A stretch of DNA of 64,000 bases. It comes from Planctomycetota bacterium (GTDB lineage: Bacteria; Planctomycetota; UBA8108; SXIK01). The stretch is taken from positions 5,248,001 through 5,312,000 of the forward strand of contig OZ244999.1 in the NCBI GenBank assembly GCA_965223265.1, read 5' to 3'. This document shows positions 9,119 through 19,202 of the stretch, piece by piece (the first letter of the stretch is position 1; every line of letters starts with the position of its first letter). Position numbers and translations under genes: made by a program. The notes under the pieces were generated by a model. The model did not search any database. It had not been told where the DNA came from and saw only the letters and a list, made by a program, of their open reading frames with translations.

Positions 9119-9997
9119 GTGAACCCAGGTCGTCGCGCCGCACTGACGGATCGCAAAGAACTCCCCTCCGCCACCACGACCCAGGGCGTCCGCATGGCAG
9201 CGAAACCGACGAGCTTCCCGATTCGTGTGTTCGACGTCCTGACGTCGACGAACGACAGCATTCTTGAGCTTGGTGCCAACGACGACGTCCCCGAGTGGAC
9301 GACCCACATCGCCCGTCGCCAGACGCATGGAAGAGGAAGGGAGGACCGTCGTTGGTGGAGCCCCGAAGGCTGCGGCCTGTGGATGTCGACTCTGCTCCGA
9401 CCACGCCAGAAACGACAACTCTGGAGCGGCATCTCCCTTTTGGCGGGACGGGCGGTGAAGGACGCCTTATCAGAACTCGGTGTCTGCGGAGTCGAGCTTT
9501 ATTGGCCCAATGACTTGCAGGTGGGAAAGCGAAAACTGGGCGGCATCCTAGGCGAGGTGAGACAGGCTGCGGATCGCGCCTGGCTAGCGCTCGGGATCGG
9601 CGTCAACGTCGACTTGACCCGTCCCGCAGCAAGGGAATCACTGCCGCCCGATGTCGCCTCGCTGGCAACCTCGATGGCCGAATGCGGTGTGCTCGACAGC
9701 CATGACGTCGTCTCCATCGCACAAGCCATCCTGCGTCACTTGCAGCCGTTGTATGAACATTTCCAGGCTGGGAAGACGATACCACACCTGGTAGGCACCG
9801 AACTGGCGCACGTCGGCCGTCGAGTCGTCGTGCGCTCTGGCGGCCAAACCTGGAGTGGCGTCGTTCGCGGTCTAGGAACGTGCGGGGAGCTGTTGATCGA
9901 TCCCGCAGCTGAGCGTGACGCTGCGGAAGGTGCCGCCTCAACCGTTCGGCTCACCGGCGGGGAGGTATTCTATGGCGACTCACCACAAGACGCATGA
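9119..9997 (+). CDS. birA: Biotin-[acetyl-CoA-carboxylase] ligase
   Basis: STND, QTHGRGR, WWSPEG, WPNDL, RKLGGILGE and GIGVNV motifs. The true start may be ATG 9194. Confidence 0.92.
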   Translation: MNPGRRAALTDRKELPSATTTQGVRMAAKPTSFPIRVFDVLTSTNDSILELGANDDVPEWTTHIARRQTHGRGREDRRWWSPEGCGLWMSTLLRPRQKRQLWSGISLLAGRAVKDALSELGVCGVELYWPNDLQVGKRKLGGILGEVRQAADRAWLALGIGVNVDLTRPAARESLPPDVASLATSMAECGVLDSHDVVSIAQAILRHLQPLYEHFQAGKTIPHLVGTELAHVGRRVVVRSGGQTWSGVVRGLGTCGELLIDPAAERDAAEGAASTVRLTGGEVFYGDSPQDA

Positions 9998-11579
9998 TGC
10001 GCCTGAAGTCTCGACGTCCTCCGGCATCCCGCTGAGAACGGTCTACGAAACCTCTACAAACGCGGATCTGCCCGGTGAGTACCCGTTCACACGGGGCATC
10101 CACGCAGATATGTACCGTGGGCGACTTTGGACGATCCGCCAATACGCCGGATTCGGAGACACTGAGGCGACGAACCGTCGTTATCGGTACCTCCTCGACC
10201 GTGGCCAAACCGGCATCAGCATGGCGTTCGATCTGCCAACACAGATCGGGTACGACTCGGACGACCCCATCGCGGCGGGAGAAGTCGGCAAAGTCGGTGT
10301 TCCCATCTCGTGCGTTGACGATCTGGACGATGTTCTCGCGGGAATCCCACTCGACTCTGTCAGCATCTCGATGACGATCAACTCTACCGCTGCAATCCTC
10401 CTCGCATTCTTGATCGCCGTGGCGCGACGTCGAGACATCGACCCCAGCACCCTCAGAGGGACGCTGCAGAATGACATGCTGAAGGAGTTCATCACCCGCC
10501 GGACGTACCGCTTTCCCATCGGTCCGTCACTGTCTCTAAGCGGTGATGTCTTGGAATACTGCTCAAAGAAACTGCCGCGGTTCTATCCTATCAGCGTCAG
10601 CGGCTATCACATGCGTGAAGCCGGCTCGACTGCTGTTCAAGAGCTCGGCTTTACGCTCGCCAACGCCATCAGCTACCTCGAGCTCGCGGCGGCTCGCGGC
10701 CTCGACGTCGAAGCGGTCGCGGCACGCATGTCATTCTTCTGGAATGCACACAACGAGCTTCTCGAGGAAGTAGCAAAATTCCGCGCCGCTCGCCGACTGT
10801 GGGCTCGCATCATCCGCGAACGATTCGAGATTGAGTCTCCACGATGCGCACAGATGCGTTTTCACACTCAAACCGCAGGTTCGACCTTGGCCAGCGTTGA
10901 GCCCGAGAACAACGTCGTACGCGTCACCCTACAGGCGCTCGCAGCGGTTCTCGGTGGCACACAGTCGCTGCACACCAATAGTCTGGACGAGGCGCTCGGA
11001 CTGCCAAGCCGCCAAGCAGCACGCATCGCGTTAAGAACCCAGCAGATCCTGGCCCACGAATCTGGCATCGCCGCAGTCGCAGACCCCCTCGGGGGCGCAC
11101 CTGTGATCGAGGAACTCACCGACGAGATCGAAGGCCGGGCGGAACGGATTATCGCCGAAATCGATGCTTTGGGCGGAGCTGTGCACGCAGTCAGCGTTGG
11201 CCACCAGCAGCAGCGCATCGAGACTGAAGCCTATCGACAACTCAGAGCGTTCGAGTCGGGAGACTCGCGGGTCGTAGGTGTCAACTGCTTCACGGACGAC
11301 CCCGACGAGCTACAAGATAACATCGAAGGAGAAACGCCAACGACGGTGACAGGGCAGCGTATCGCCGCCGACGTCGAAGCGAAGCGAAAACAAGCGCTGG
11401 AGCACTATCGAAGTCAACGCGCTGCGCAAAGTCTCGGCGCCGCACGCCGGCGACTGATCGCCGCCGCCCGTGGTGGTGAAAACCTCATGGATGCGATTCT
11501 CGAGTGTGCGGAGGAAGGCGCGACAGTGGGCGAGATGTGCTCGACACTAGCAGAAGTGTGGGGGGAGTACCGAGAATGA
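9972..11579 (+). CDS. Methylmalonyl-CoA mutase, substrate-binding (large) subunit
   Basis: [36 protein letters not shown] and GGTQSLHTN motifs. Tyr89 and Arg207 equivalents are present, which favours MCM over ICM. GGAGGT RBS. Confidence 0.93.
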   Translation: MATHHKTHDAPEVSTSSGIPLRTVYETSTNADLPGEYPFTRGIHADMYRGRLWTIRQYAGFGDTEATNRRYRYLLDRGQTGISMAFDLPTQIGYDSDDPIAAGEVGKVGVPISCVDDLDDVLAGIPLDSVSISMTINSTAAILLAFLIAVARRRDIDPSTLRGTLQNDMLKEFITRRTYRFPIGPSLSLSGDVLEYCSKKLPRFYPISVSGYHMREAGSTAVQELGFTLANAISYLELAAARGLDVEAVAARMSFFWNAHNELLEEVAKFRAARRLWARIIRERFEIESPRCAQMRFHTQTAGSTLASVEPENNVVRVTLQALAAVLGGTQSLHTNSLDEALGLPSRQAARIALRTQQILAHESGIAAVADPLGGAPVIEELTDEIEGRAERIIAEIDALGGAVHAVSVGHQQQRIETEAYRQLRAFESGDSRVVGVNCFTDDPDELQDNIEGETPTTVTGQRIAADVEAKRKQALEHYRSQRAAQSLGAARRRLIAAARGGENLMDAILECAEEGATVGEMCSTLAEVWGEYRE

Positions 11580-11998
11580 ACAAAGAAACGCCCCGCCGTG
11601 CTCTCCGCGTCTTAATCGCCAAGCCGGGCTTGGACGGACATGATCGAGGCGTCAAGGCTCTCATGCGCGGCCTGCGAGATGCAGGAATCGAAGTCATCTA
11701 CACCGGCCTTCGAGCGACACCGGAGTCCGTCGCCTTGGCTGCACTGCAGGAAGATGTGGACGCCGTCGGTGTGTCCAATCTTTCGGGAGCACATCTGACG
11801 CTCTTCCCGCAGATCGCGGCGGCGCTTCGGAGCGAAGGGGTCGATCTTGACCGCGTCGTACTCTTTGGTGGCGGTACGATACCGCCAGAGGACGACGCGG
11901 AACTTGTCGCAGCCGGCTATCGCGCCATCTTTCGGCCGGGCTCGCGCGTCTCGGCAATCGCCCGCTTTCTGCAGTCGGAGACCGCAGACGATGAGTAG
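11576..11998 (+). CDS. Methylmalonyl-CoA mutase cobalamin-binding subunit
   Basis: [10 protein letters not shown] (DxHxxG), SNLSGAH and GGTIP motifs. ATGA overlap with the large subunit. Confidence 0.93.
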   Translation: MNKETPRRALRVLIAKPGLDGHDRGVKALMRGLRDAGIEVIYTGLRATPESVALAALQEDVDAVGVSNLSGAHLTLFPQIAAALRSEGVDLDRVVLFGGGTIPPEDDAELVAAGYRAIFRPGSRVSAIARFLQSETADDE

Positions 11999-12434
11999 CA
12001 GTGAAAGCTCTTCCAAATTCGCAGTCGCGCACATCGCGGTAGCCGTCCCCGATCTCGATCAGGCCAAGAAAAAATTCGAGGCGATCCTCGGATGTGCAGC
12101 GAGCGCAACCGAGTTGATCGCAACAGATTCTGTGCGCGTTTGCTTCTTCGAGCTTGAGAATGTCCGCTTGGAGCTGGTGGCACCCGTTGACTCAGCTAGT
12201 TCCGTGGCTCGGTTCATCGACAAGCGAGGAGCGGGCGTGCACCACTTGGCTCTTCGTGTTCCAGGCACCGTTGCCAGTGCTCTCGAGACACTAGCTGCAA
12301 AGGACGTCCCCCTCATCGACAAGAAACCGCGTAGCGGCGCTGGCGGGACGAACGTCGCATTCATTCACCCGCGCGGCGGCGAGGGCGTTTTGATCGAGCT
12401 CGTCGGAAAATCTGAGCACGAACGAGGACGATAG
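11991..12434 (+). CDS. mce: Methylmalonyl-CoA epimerase
   Basis: VOC fold motifs HIAVAV, LELVAP, GVHHLAL and AFIHPR...GVLIELV; operon context. Confidence 0.92.
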   Translation: MSSSESSSKFAVAHIAVAVPDLDQAKKKFEAILGCAASATELIATDSVRVCFFELENVRLELVAPVDSASSVARFIDKRGAGVHHLALRVPGTVASALETLAAKDVPLIDKKPRSGAGGTNVAFIHPRGGEGVLIELVGKSEHERGR

Positions 12435-12436
12435 GG

Positions 12437-14053
12437 ATGACCGAGAACAGTTCTCCCCGCGATCATCGAACGCAGGAAATCGACACAGCGACCACCTCGC
12501 AGCAGGAAGCCGCCGAGCGAAAAGCCCAGCTTGACGCTCTCCGCGACGCAGCGCAGAGCGGAGGTGGGACGGCGCGGGTCGAGACACAGCATAAGGCAGG
12601 AAAGCTCACGGCACGTGAACGCTTGCTTTTATTACTCGATGAAGACTCTTTCGACGAACGCGATGCCTTCGTCGAGCACCAGGAGTCGCTCTTTGGCATG
12701 GCAGACCGCCGATTTCCAGGGGATGGTGTTGTCAGCGGATTCGGAAGGATCGACGGACGCCGCGTCGCCATTTTCAGTCAAGACTTCACGGTCTTCGGGG
12801 GAAGCCTATCGGCGTCGAACGCAAAGAAAATCGCCAAAGTCATGGACCTCGCCCTTAAGGTGGGCACGCCGGTCATTGGCCTCAACGATTCCGGCGGAGC
12901 GCGCATTCAAGAGGGCGTCGCAAGTCTGGCCGGATACGGAGAAATCTTCCGTCGCAACACGTTCGCCTCAGGCGTCGTGCCGCAGATCTCGGTGATCCTT
13001 GGCCCATGTGCGGGTGGTGCGGTCTACTCACCCGCGCTGACCGATTTCGTCTTCATGGTCGACGGGACCAGTCACATGTTCGTCACGGGACCAGACGTTG
13101 TACGCGCGGTGACTCACGAAACGATCGATCAAGACCAACTCGGCGGCGCGGCGATTCACGGCGAACGCAGCGGCGTCGCGCACTTCTGTGCACCGGACGA
13201 ACCAAGCTGCTTCGAACAGATTCAGAAGCTGCTGGAGTTTCTGCCGGACAACAACTCACAAACAGCTCCACGTCGTGTCGCGCGCCCCAGTACGGACCCA
13301 AAGGGTGAACGTCTTGAACATCTCGTGCCCGACGAGCCCGAGCGTCCGTACGACATGCTTGAGATCATCTGCGCAATCGTCGATGGAGGCGAATTCTTCG
13401 CCGTCCACGAGCACTTCGCGCGCAACCTGATCACAGGGTTCGCTCATCTCGGCGGCGAAGTCGTCGGTGTCGTGGCAAACCAGCCGGCGGTGATCGCGGG
13501 CACGCTCGATATCGATGCGTCGACAAAAGGCGGGCGTTTCATCCGCTTCTGCGACTGTTTCAACATTCCAGTCGTCACCTTCGTCGACGTGCCAGGATTT
13601 CTCCCGGGTCGGGAGCAAGAACACGCGGGCATTATTCGCCACGGCGCCAAGCTGTTGTTCGCTTACTGCGAGGCAACAGTGCCGAAGATCACCGTGATCA
13701 CTCGCAAGGCCTACGGCGGCGCCTACGTCGTCATGGGCTCAAAGAGCACCGGATCAGATTTAAACCTCGCGTGGCCATCCGCCGAAATCGCCGTCATGGG
13801 GGCGGCCGGAGCCGTCAAAATCGTCTCGCGACGCGAGATCGCAGCCTCCGAAGATCCGACCGCAACCGAGGCGAAACTCGTCCGCCAGTACCGTCAACGT
13901 TTCGCCAACCCGTTCGCCGCCGCGAAGCAAGGCTTTATCGACGACGTGATTGACCCCGCGGAGACGCGTGAGCGGCTTCTGAGAGGTCTGGCGCTTGTGC
14001 GTGGAAAGCGGGAGCCAAGATTGGCGAAAAAGCACGGCAATCCCCCGCTTTGA
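12437..14053 (+). CDS. pccB: Propionyl-/acyl-CoA carboxylase carboxyltransferase subunit
   Basis: GKLTARER, QDFTVFGGS, DSGGARIQEG, GPCAGGAVYSPA, DVPGFLPG and C-terminal KKHGNPPL. Confidence 0.93.
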   Translation: MTENSSPRDHRTQEIDTATTSQQEAAERKAQLDALRDAAQSGGGTARVETQHKAGKLTARERLLLLLDEDSFDERDAFVEHQESLFGMADRRFPGDGVVSGFGRIDGRRVAIFSQDFTVFGGSLSASNAKKIAKVMDLALKVGTPVIGLNDSGGARIQEGVASLAGYGEIFRRNTFASGVVPQISVILGPCAGGAVYSPALTDFVFMVDGTSHMFVTGPDVVRAVTHETIDQDQLGGAAIHGERSGVAHFCAPDEPSCFEQIQKLLEFLPDNNSQTAPRRVARPSTDPKGERLEHLVPDEPERPYDMLEIICAIVDGGEFFAVHEHFARNLITGFAHLGGEVVGVVANQPAVIAGTLDIDASTKGGRFIRFCDCFNIPVVTFVDVPGFLPGREQEHAGIIRHGAKLLFAYCEATVPKITVITRKAYGGAYVVMGSKSTGSDLNLAWPSAEIAVMGAAGAVKIVSRREIAASEDPTATEAKLVRQYRQRFANPFAAAKQGFIDDVIDPAETRERLLRGLALVRGKREPRLAKKHGNPPL

Positions 14054-14315
14054 GCGAGCTTCGCGGTCGAGAAACCGTGTAGACCGCTCGAGCGACAAGC
14101 AGTCACTGGACTGAATCTTAGCTGCGCTCACACCAGCCGGCACCAAAGAACTATGGGAAATTGTTGTCGTCCTGACAAGGCGGGACGGAGCGCACGTGAC
14201 CGGCCGTCTCACCCACCGAAGACTCGTGGCGAACCGCTAGCGCAAACTGCGGACGCGTTCCGAAAATGATGCACATCTTGACAAAGTGTCGGATCGTCGC
14301 CGATCAATCCATACG

Positions 14316-15866
14316 ATGACGTCAATCAAGAGAGTACTCGTAGCCAATCGCGGTGAAATCGCGCTGCGCATCCTTCGCACACTGAAGGCGCTCGGCATCG
14401 AAACGGTCATCGTCTACTCCGACGACGATCGCGAAAGCCTTGTCACCCGCCTCGCCGACACTGCGTTTTGCATCGGCGCAGGCGACGGCTACCTACGTCG
14501 TGAACGCATCATTGAATGCGCGCTCGCCTGCGGCGCTGAGGCCATCCACCCGGGTTACGGATTCCTCGCTGAAGACGCAACCTTCGCGCAACAAGTTGAA
14601 GATGCAGGGATCATTTTCCTTGGTCCAACGCCGCACCAAATCGCGACTCTTGGCAGTAAGGCAACCGCTGCAGACGCACTGCGCGCGTGCGGATTTGAGA
14701 TAACGACGCAGCACTCCCTCGTCGTCGACTCGCTCATCAAAGCGGGACTCATCGCCGAGAGAATCGGCTATCCGGTGCTGCTGAAGGCCGCGGCCGGAGG
14801 CGGAGGTAAAGGGATTCGAGTCGTCGCCACGCCTGACGATCTCGAGGCCGCGTGGCATGGCGCGCGCGACGAAGCGCGCGCGGGATTTCATTCCGACCAG
14901 ATGATCGTTGAACGCTTCATTGCAGACGCGCGCCACATCGAAGTTCAGGTGGTCGGCGATGGATTCGGTGGCATCCAAGTCGCGACCGAACGGGACTGCT
15001 CCTTACAACGGCGCATGCAGAAGATTCTGGAGGAGACACCTTCGCCTGCCGTTGACGAGCGACTTAGGGAGCGCCTTCTCTCAACGACAGCACACGCGAT
15101 GTCGCAGCTCAAGTACCGCAGCGCTGGAACTCTCGAGTTTCTGATGACTGACAGCGGAGACGTCTTTTTCTTGGAGATCAACACTAGAATCCAAGTCGAG
15201 CATGGAATCACAGAGCTGACCACTGGCCTCGATACTGTCGCTGCGCAAATCAACGTGGCACGCGGTGGTCGCCTGCCTCAGGCGGCGGAAGGGCTCGACA
15301 AGTGCTGGCGCCGCAACCGAGGCGCCGCCGTTGAGTTTCGCGTCAATGCCGAGGATCCGCACCGCGGGTGGCTACCGTCAACCGGCACAATTCGCCACCT
15401 TCGCTGGCCAGCTGGAACGGGAATACGAGTCGATAGCGCACTCGACGTCGGTGCAGAGGTCACAGCCAACTACGATTCCCTGTTGGGAAAGATCATGGCT
15501 TGGGCTCCCGATCGCGAGACGGCGTTCGCTCGACTGCACACCGCACTTGCTGAAGCCGCTGTCGTCGGTTGCACGACGACATTGAACCTCGGGATCGACC
15601 TCTGCCGAGACGAAGGCGTGCGAACGGGAAAGTATCACTGCCGATACCTTGAACGCCTGCTCGAGGATCGGACCTCCGGAGGGGCACCGATCTCCGCAGA
15701 GCTTCGACCTGCGGCTGCCGCGGCCGCTGCGTGGCTACGACATTCGCAGCGCGACCGCACCGGTCTTCAGGCTGACGCGTCGGCGAACGCCCTGACTGCC
15801 TGGCAGTGCGCGGAGAACCACGGCGGCCAGGCGCAGTTCGCCTACTCCCACCAGGAGGCACCATGA
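14316..15866 (+). CDS. Biotin carboxylase subunit (PccA/AccC-like)
   Basis: VANRGEIA, HPGYGFLAE, GGGGKG, ERDCSLQRR and EINTRIQVEH motifs. Confidence 0.92.
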   Translation: MTSIKRVLVANRGEIALRILRTLKALGIETVIVYSDDDRESLVTRLADTAFCIGAGDGYLRRERIIECALACGAEAIHPGYGFLAEDATFAQQVEDAGIIFLGPTPHQIATLGSKATAADALRACGFEITTQHSLVVDSLIKAGLIAERIGYPVLLKAAAGGGGKGIRVVATPDDLEAAWHGARDEARAGFHSDQMIVERFIADARHIEVQVVGDGFGGIQVATERDCSLQRRMQKILEETPSPAVDERLRERLLSTTAHAMSQLKYRSAGTLEFLMTDSGDVFFLEINTRIQVEHGITELTTGLDTVAAQINVARGGRLPQAAEGLDKCWRRNRGAAVEFRVNAEDPHRGWLPSTGTIRHLRWPAGTGIRVDSALDVGAEVTANYDSLLGKIMAWAPDRETAFARLHTALAEAAVVGCTTTLNLGIDLCRDEGVRTGKYHCRYLERLLEDRTSGGAPISAELRPAAAAAAAWLRHSQRDRTGLQADASANALTAWQCAENHGGQAQFAYSHQEAP

Positions 15867-16435
15867 AGTACTTCGTTCAGGTGGACGGGAAGGAATTCGA
15901 GGTCGTTGCCTCCAAAGGGACGTTTCTTGTGACGAAGGACGACGGTACAACGGCTGCGTTTCACGTCCTCGACCCGCATTCAAGCCTTCAACACCAAACG
16001 CCACACGAAGTGGTCCTCACCACGCGCGAGCACTCCTCCTCCAAGTTCGAGCAAACCATCTCATTTGCCTGCAGCGCGGCCTCGCGGGATGAAGGGGGAG
16101 CCTGGGTTGCGGAATTGACTCGCGCCCCTGCACGCACGCGTGCGACGGTCGAGACGGAGCGCGACCGCCTCCGTCGTCGACTCAGTCGTGAGAATCGACG
16201 TCGCAACTCAAAGAGCGTCAAAAGCCCTTTGCCAGGGGTTGTCCGCCGCATCGGTGCGAAAGTTGGTGACAGAGTTGATGCCGACCAAGTCGTCGTGACG
16301 CTCGAGGCGATGAAGATGGAGAACGAGTTCCGCGCCGAGTCCGCAGGCACAATCACGCAGCTCCCCGTGACGATCGATCAGACCGTTGAAACAGGCGAGC
16401 TTCTCTTCGAGCTGAAGCTCGAATGCGAGAAGTGA
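15863..16435 (+). CDS. Biotin carboxyl carrier protein
   Basis: SPLPG and the EAMKMEN biotinylation motif. AGGAGG RBS and ATGA overlap. Confidence 0.9.
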   Translation: MKYFVQVDGKEFEVVASKGTFLVTKDDGTTAAFHVLDPHSSLQHQTPHEVVLTTREHSSSKFEQTISFACSAASRDEGGAWVAELTRAPARTRATVETERDRLRRRLSRENRRRNSKSVKSPLPGVVRRIGAKVGDRVDADQVVVTLEAMKMENEFRAESAGTITQLPVTIDQTVETGELLFELKLECEK

Positions 16436-16470
16436 CTGTCGGGCGTCCTGATCCTCGAGAGCCCGCGACC

Positions 16471-18096
16471 TTACCCTGAGGCTCCGATGTCTCGAGCGGA
16501 GGCATCCTCGGCTGGCGGCGCGATCGAGAATCGCACAGTCGGGTAGGGAACTCTCTGAGCTCTAAGCAGGCCGGCGATCAACAGCGCGACGGCCACCACG
16601 CTGAACAAGACCTGAGCGATGGCGATGATTGGAAAGCCGAAGAGCTCAAACTGGACAGGAGAGTCGTTGTAGTCTTGAGGATGCAGCGAGCTCCAAAGGG
16701 TGAAGGCCGACACATAGTAGAGCGTCCAAATCGCATCGGGCTGCTCGCTCAAGGAGAAAATCACGGGCAGCAAGAGCGTGATCACGAGCACGAAGATCAT
16801 CGTCAGCCGAGCGTAAAGTGGGCTGAAATCGCACACGCTCAAGAAGAATCCGGCCGCAGCGAAAGCTGACAAAACGATTGGCAGCGTCAGCAGAGACTGC
16901 ACGACAGCGTGAGCGTCGACATCCGATGTGTCGGGATCTACGATCCGCCACAGAGCGAACAAGCCGCCACACGTCAAGAAGAGAACCAAGACGCTGTAGA
17001 CGAAACCCCAAAAAGCCCCTGGGGCGAAGAGGCGTAGTGGATACTGCCAACGCGCCAGTCGCATAAACGTTCTCTGATTGCGCCTCGAGACATCCGCATC
17101 CTCCGTCGGAAAGATCCAGGCGACAAGTAGCAGCAGCGGCGCGGTGAGAAGAATGACAGACTGCGGATTCCTCAAGGTGCCGGCGCTCACGACCCACTCA
17201 AGCCATGCCCAGCCGCCGATCAACGTGGGTACCGTAAGCAAAGTGAGGACTCGAAGCGCGCTCGCCTTATTGTCGGAGGACGGTTTAACGCGGTTCTCCG
17301 TAATCACAAAGAGATACGCGAACACCGCAATGAGAAGAGCGAGACCAACGAAAGCGACCGTCCGGAACCCGACCTCACCGAACTGCGAGACGTCGAGCAG
17401 GAAGCGAACGATCGCAGGTCGTTCATCGACGTTTGTCGTTGAGAAATAGAAGAAACCAAAGATCGCGGCAACCGACATCATAGAAATGTACACCGAGATC
17501 ACCGCGCGAACATTGTTCCGCACACACGCTGAGACGCACACACCGAGCATTGACACGAGGAGCGTCGCCGCAAGGAGCAATACGTACGCGAAAAACGCCT
17601 CGGCAGGTGTAACACCGCCAAAGAGGAATGCCACCCCCATCAGCGGGATACTCGCAAGCACGTACATCAGGCAGTAGAAGGTCGCCGAGAGGAACTTACC
17701 CCACACGAGCTCGCGCGGCTTCAGTGTCGTCGTCAGCAGTAGATCCAGAGTGTGACGCGTGCGTTCATCGGTGAATGAAGTGGCGCTAAACGCCGGAAAG
17801 ACGAACCAAATGACCAGCAACTGCATCGAGAAGAACGTCGAGAAGAGCCCTTGGCCAATCTGGGCAGGCGTGACATCAGGCTTTTCCGCCTCAGTCGCGA
17901 CGAGGACAAGAACGACAGCGCCAAGGGCGCAAAGACAAAGCGAGTGCGCCAACACAAACCGCTGACGGCGAAAGTCGGCGCGCAACTCGCGCCATAAGAT
18001 CGGCCAGCCGAAGTTTCCCAGCGAACGCGACAACGCGCGCCTCAGTGTGCCCTTTTTTCGTGGGTTGGTTTCTACTGCTGCCGCCTGTTCGTTCAT
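16471..18096 (-). CDS. ABC-2 type transporter permease
   Basis: PILWRELR and ERTRHTLDLLLTTTLKPRELVWGK motifs; many TM helices. Confidence 0.85.
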   Translation of the reverse strand: MNEQAAAVETNPRKKGTLRRALSRSLGNFGWPILWRELRADFRRQRFVLAHSLCLCALGAVVLVLVATEAEKPDVTPAQIGQGLFSTFFSMQLLVIWFVFPAFSATSFTDERTRHTLDLLLTTTLKPRELVWGKFLSATFYCLMYVLASIPLMGVAFLFGGVTPAEAFFAYVLLLAATLLVSMLGVCVSACVRNNVRAVISVYISMMSVAAIFGFFYFSTTNVDERPAIVRFLLDVSQFGEVGFRTVAFVGLALLIAVFAYLFVITENRVKPSSDNKASALRVLTLLTVPTLIGGWAWLEWVVSAGTLRNPQSVILLTAPLLLLVAWIFPTEDADVSRRNQRTFMRLARWQYPLRLFAPGAFWGFVYSVLVLFLTCGGLFALWRIVDPDTSDVDAHAVVQSLLTLPIVLSAFAAAGFFLSVCDFSPLYARLTMIFVLVITLLLPVIFSLSEQPDAIWTLYYVSAFTLWSSLHPQDYNDSPVQFELFGFPIIAIAQVLFSVVAVALLIAGLLRAQRVPYPTVRFSIAPPAEDASARDIGASG

Positions 18097-18111
18097 AGGA
18101 AAACGACGTCG

Positions 18112-19107
18112 CTACTGAACATCACCTTTCGTCAACTCGAGAAAAAGGTGTTCAAGATTGCGGGGATTGTATTCGACGGAAAGGACCTCAACGCTGCGCT
18201 CGACCAGCACCTTAAGCACGAGGTAAAAGTCGTGGGGAGATCCGAAATAGTCAAACTGGACACGGTGGCCAGAAACGATCACAGACCCGACCGACGTCAA
18301 CTCGCCAAGAACCGCTTCGACCTCAGCGTTACTTCTAGAGAGTTCGATGCGAACCACATCGGCGGCCTGATTCTTCTTTTGCAAGTCGCCAACCCGCCCC
18401 GAGCCGACGAGCTTGCCCTTCTCGATGACTGCGACCGAATCACAGACATCGGAGAGCTCTGTGAGGATATGACTTGAAATGATGATCGTCTTCCCCATCG
18501 ACCGCAGCTCTTTCAACAGCTCACGAAATTCAATGCGGGCACGAGGGTCGAGTGCTGACGCAGGTTCATCGAGCAGTAAGACCTCAGGGTCATGCACCAA
18601 TGTCTTCGCCAGGCAGAGCCGCTGCTTCATTCCCTTCGAGAGCTCGCTCACCAGGCGATCTTTCAGGTGCAACAAATCCGTCAATGCCATCACGTCTCGC
18701 ACGGTCGGCTCGCGCAATTGTCGCGGCAGCTGATAGGCACCGGCGAAAAACTCGAGGTACTCCTCAACAGTATTCCCGTCGTAGACACCAAAGTGGTCAG
18801 GCATATATCCGATGAGGCGCCTGACCGCGATGGTATCGTTCTCCACGCAAAAACCGTCCACCAGGACCTGACCGCCGCTCGGCTCGATCAGCGTCGCGAT
18901 CATCTTGAGCGTCGTGGTCTTACCCGCGCCGTTCGGCCCAATGAACCCGAAGATCTCGCCGCGATGGACTTCGAATGAAAGTTCGTCAACGGCGCGAAGA
19001 TCGCCGTAATGTCGCGTCACGCCGCACACCTTAACGATGGGGCTCTGGCGCCCCGCGTCCACCGCGATGCTCGGCTGAGCAGGATTGTCGAGTTGTTTCT
19101 CTACCAT
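18112..19107 (-). CDS. ABC transporter ATP-binding protein
   Basis: GPNGAGKTT, LSKGMKQ, LLLDEP and SSHIL motifs. Confidence 0.95.
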   Translation of the reverse strand: MVEKQLDNPAQPSIAVDAGRQSPIVKVCGVTRHYGDLRAVDELSFEVHRGEIFGFIGPNGAGKTTTLKMIATLIEPSGGQVLVDGFCVENDTIAVRRLIGYMPDHFGVYDGNTVEEYLEFFAGAYQLPRQLREPTVRDVMALTDLLHLKDRLVSELSKGMKQRLCLAKTLVHDPEVLLLDEPASALDPRARIEFRELLKELRSMGKTIIISSHILTELSDVCDSVAVIEKGKLVGSGRVGDLQKKNQAADVVRIELSRSNAEVEAVLGELTSVGSVIVSGHRVQFDYFGSPHDFYLVLKVLVERSVEVLSVEYNPRNLEHLFLELTKGDVQ

Positions 19108-19202
19108 GAAGCTGTCACGCAACGATTGTCGCACGTTGCTTGCGGTACGGATGGCGAGCGATGGTCGCGCCGATCCGCCACAACTGAATGGCGTGAGGCG
19201 CC

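Noticed and set aside
8137-9970. Cobalamin riboswitch ahead of the B12-dependent mutase
   Set aside because: No B12-box or GCCACTG / GGGAAG core was found.
14278-14310. TTGACA promoter before the biotin carboxylase gene
   Set aside because: No convincing -10 element at 16-18 nt spacing.
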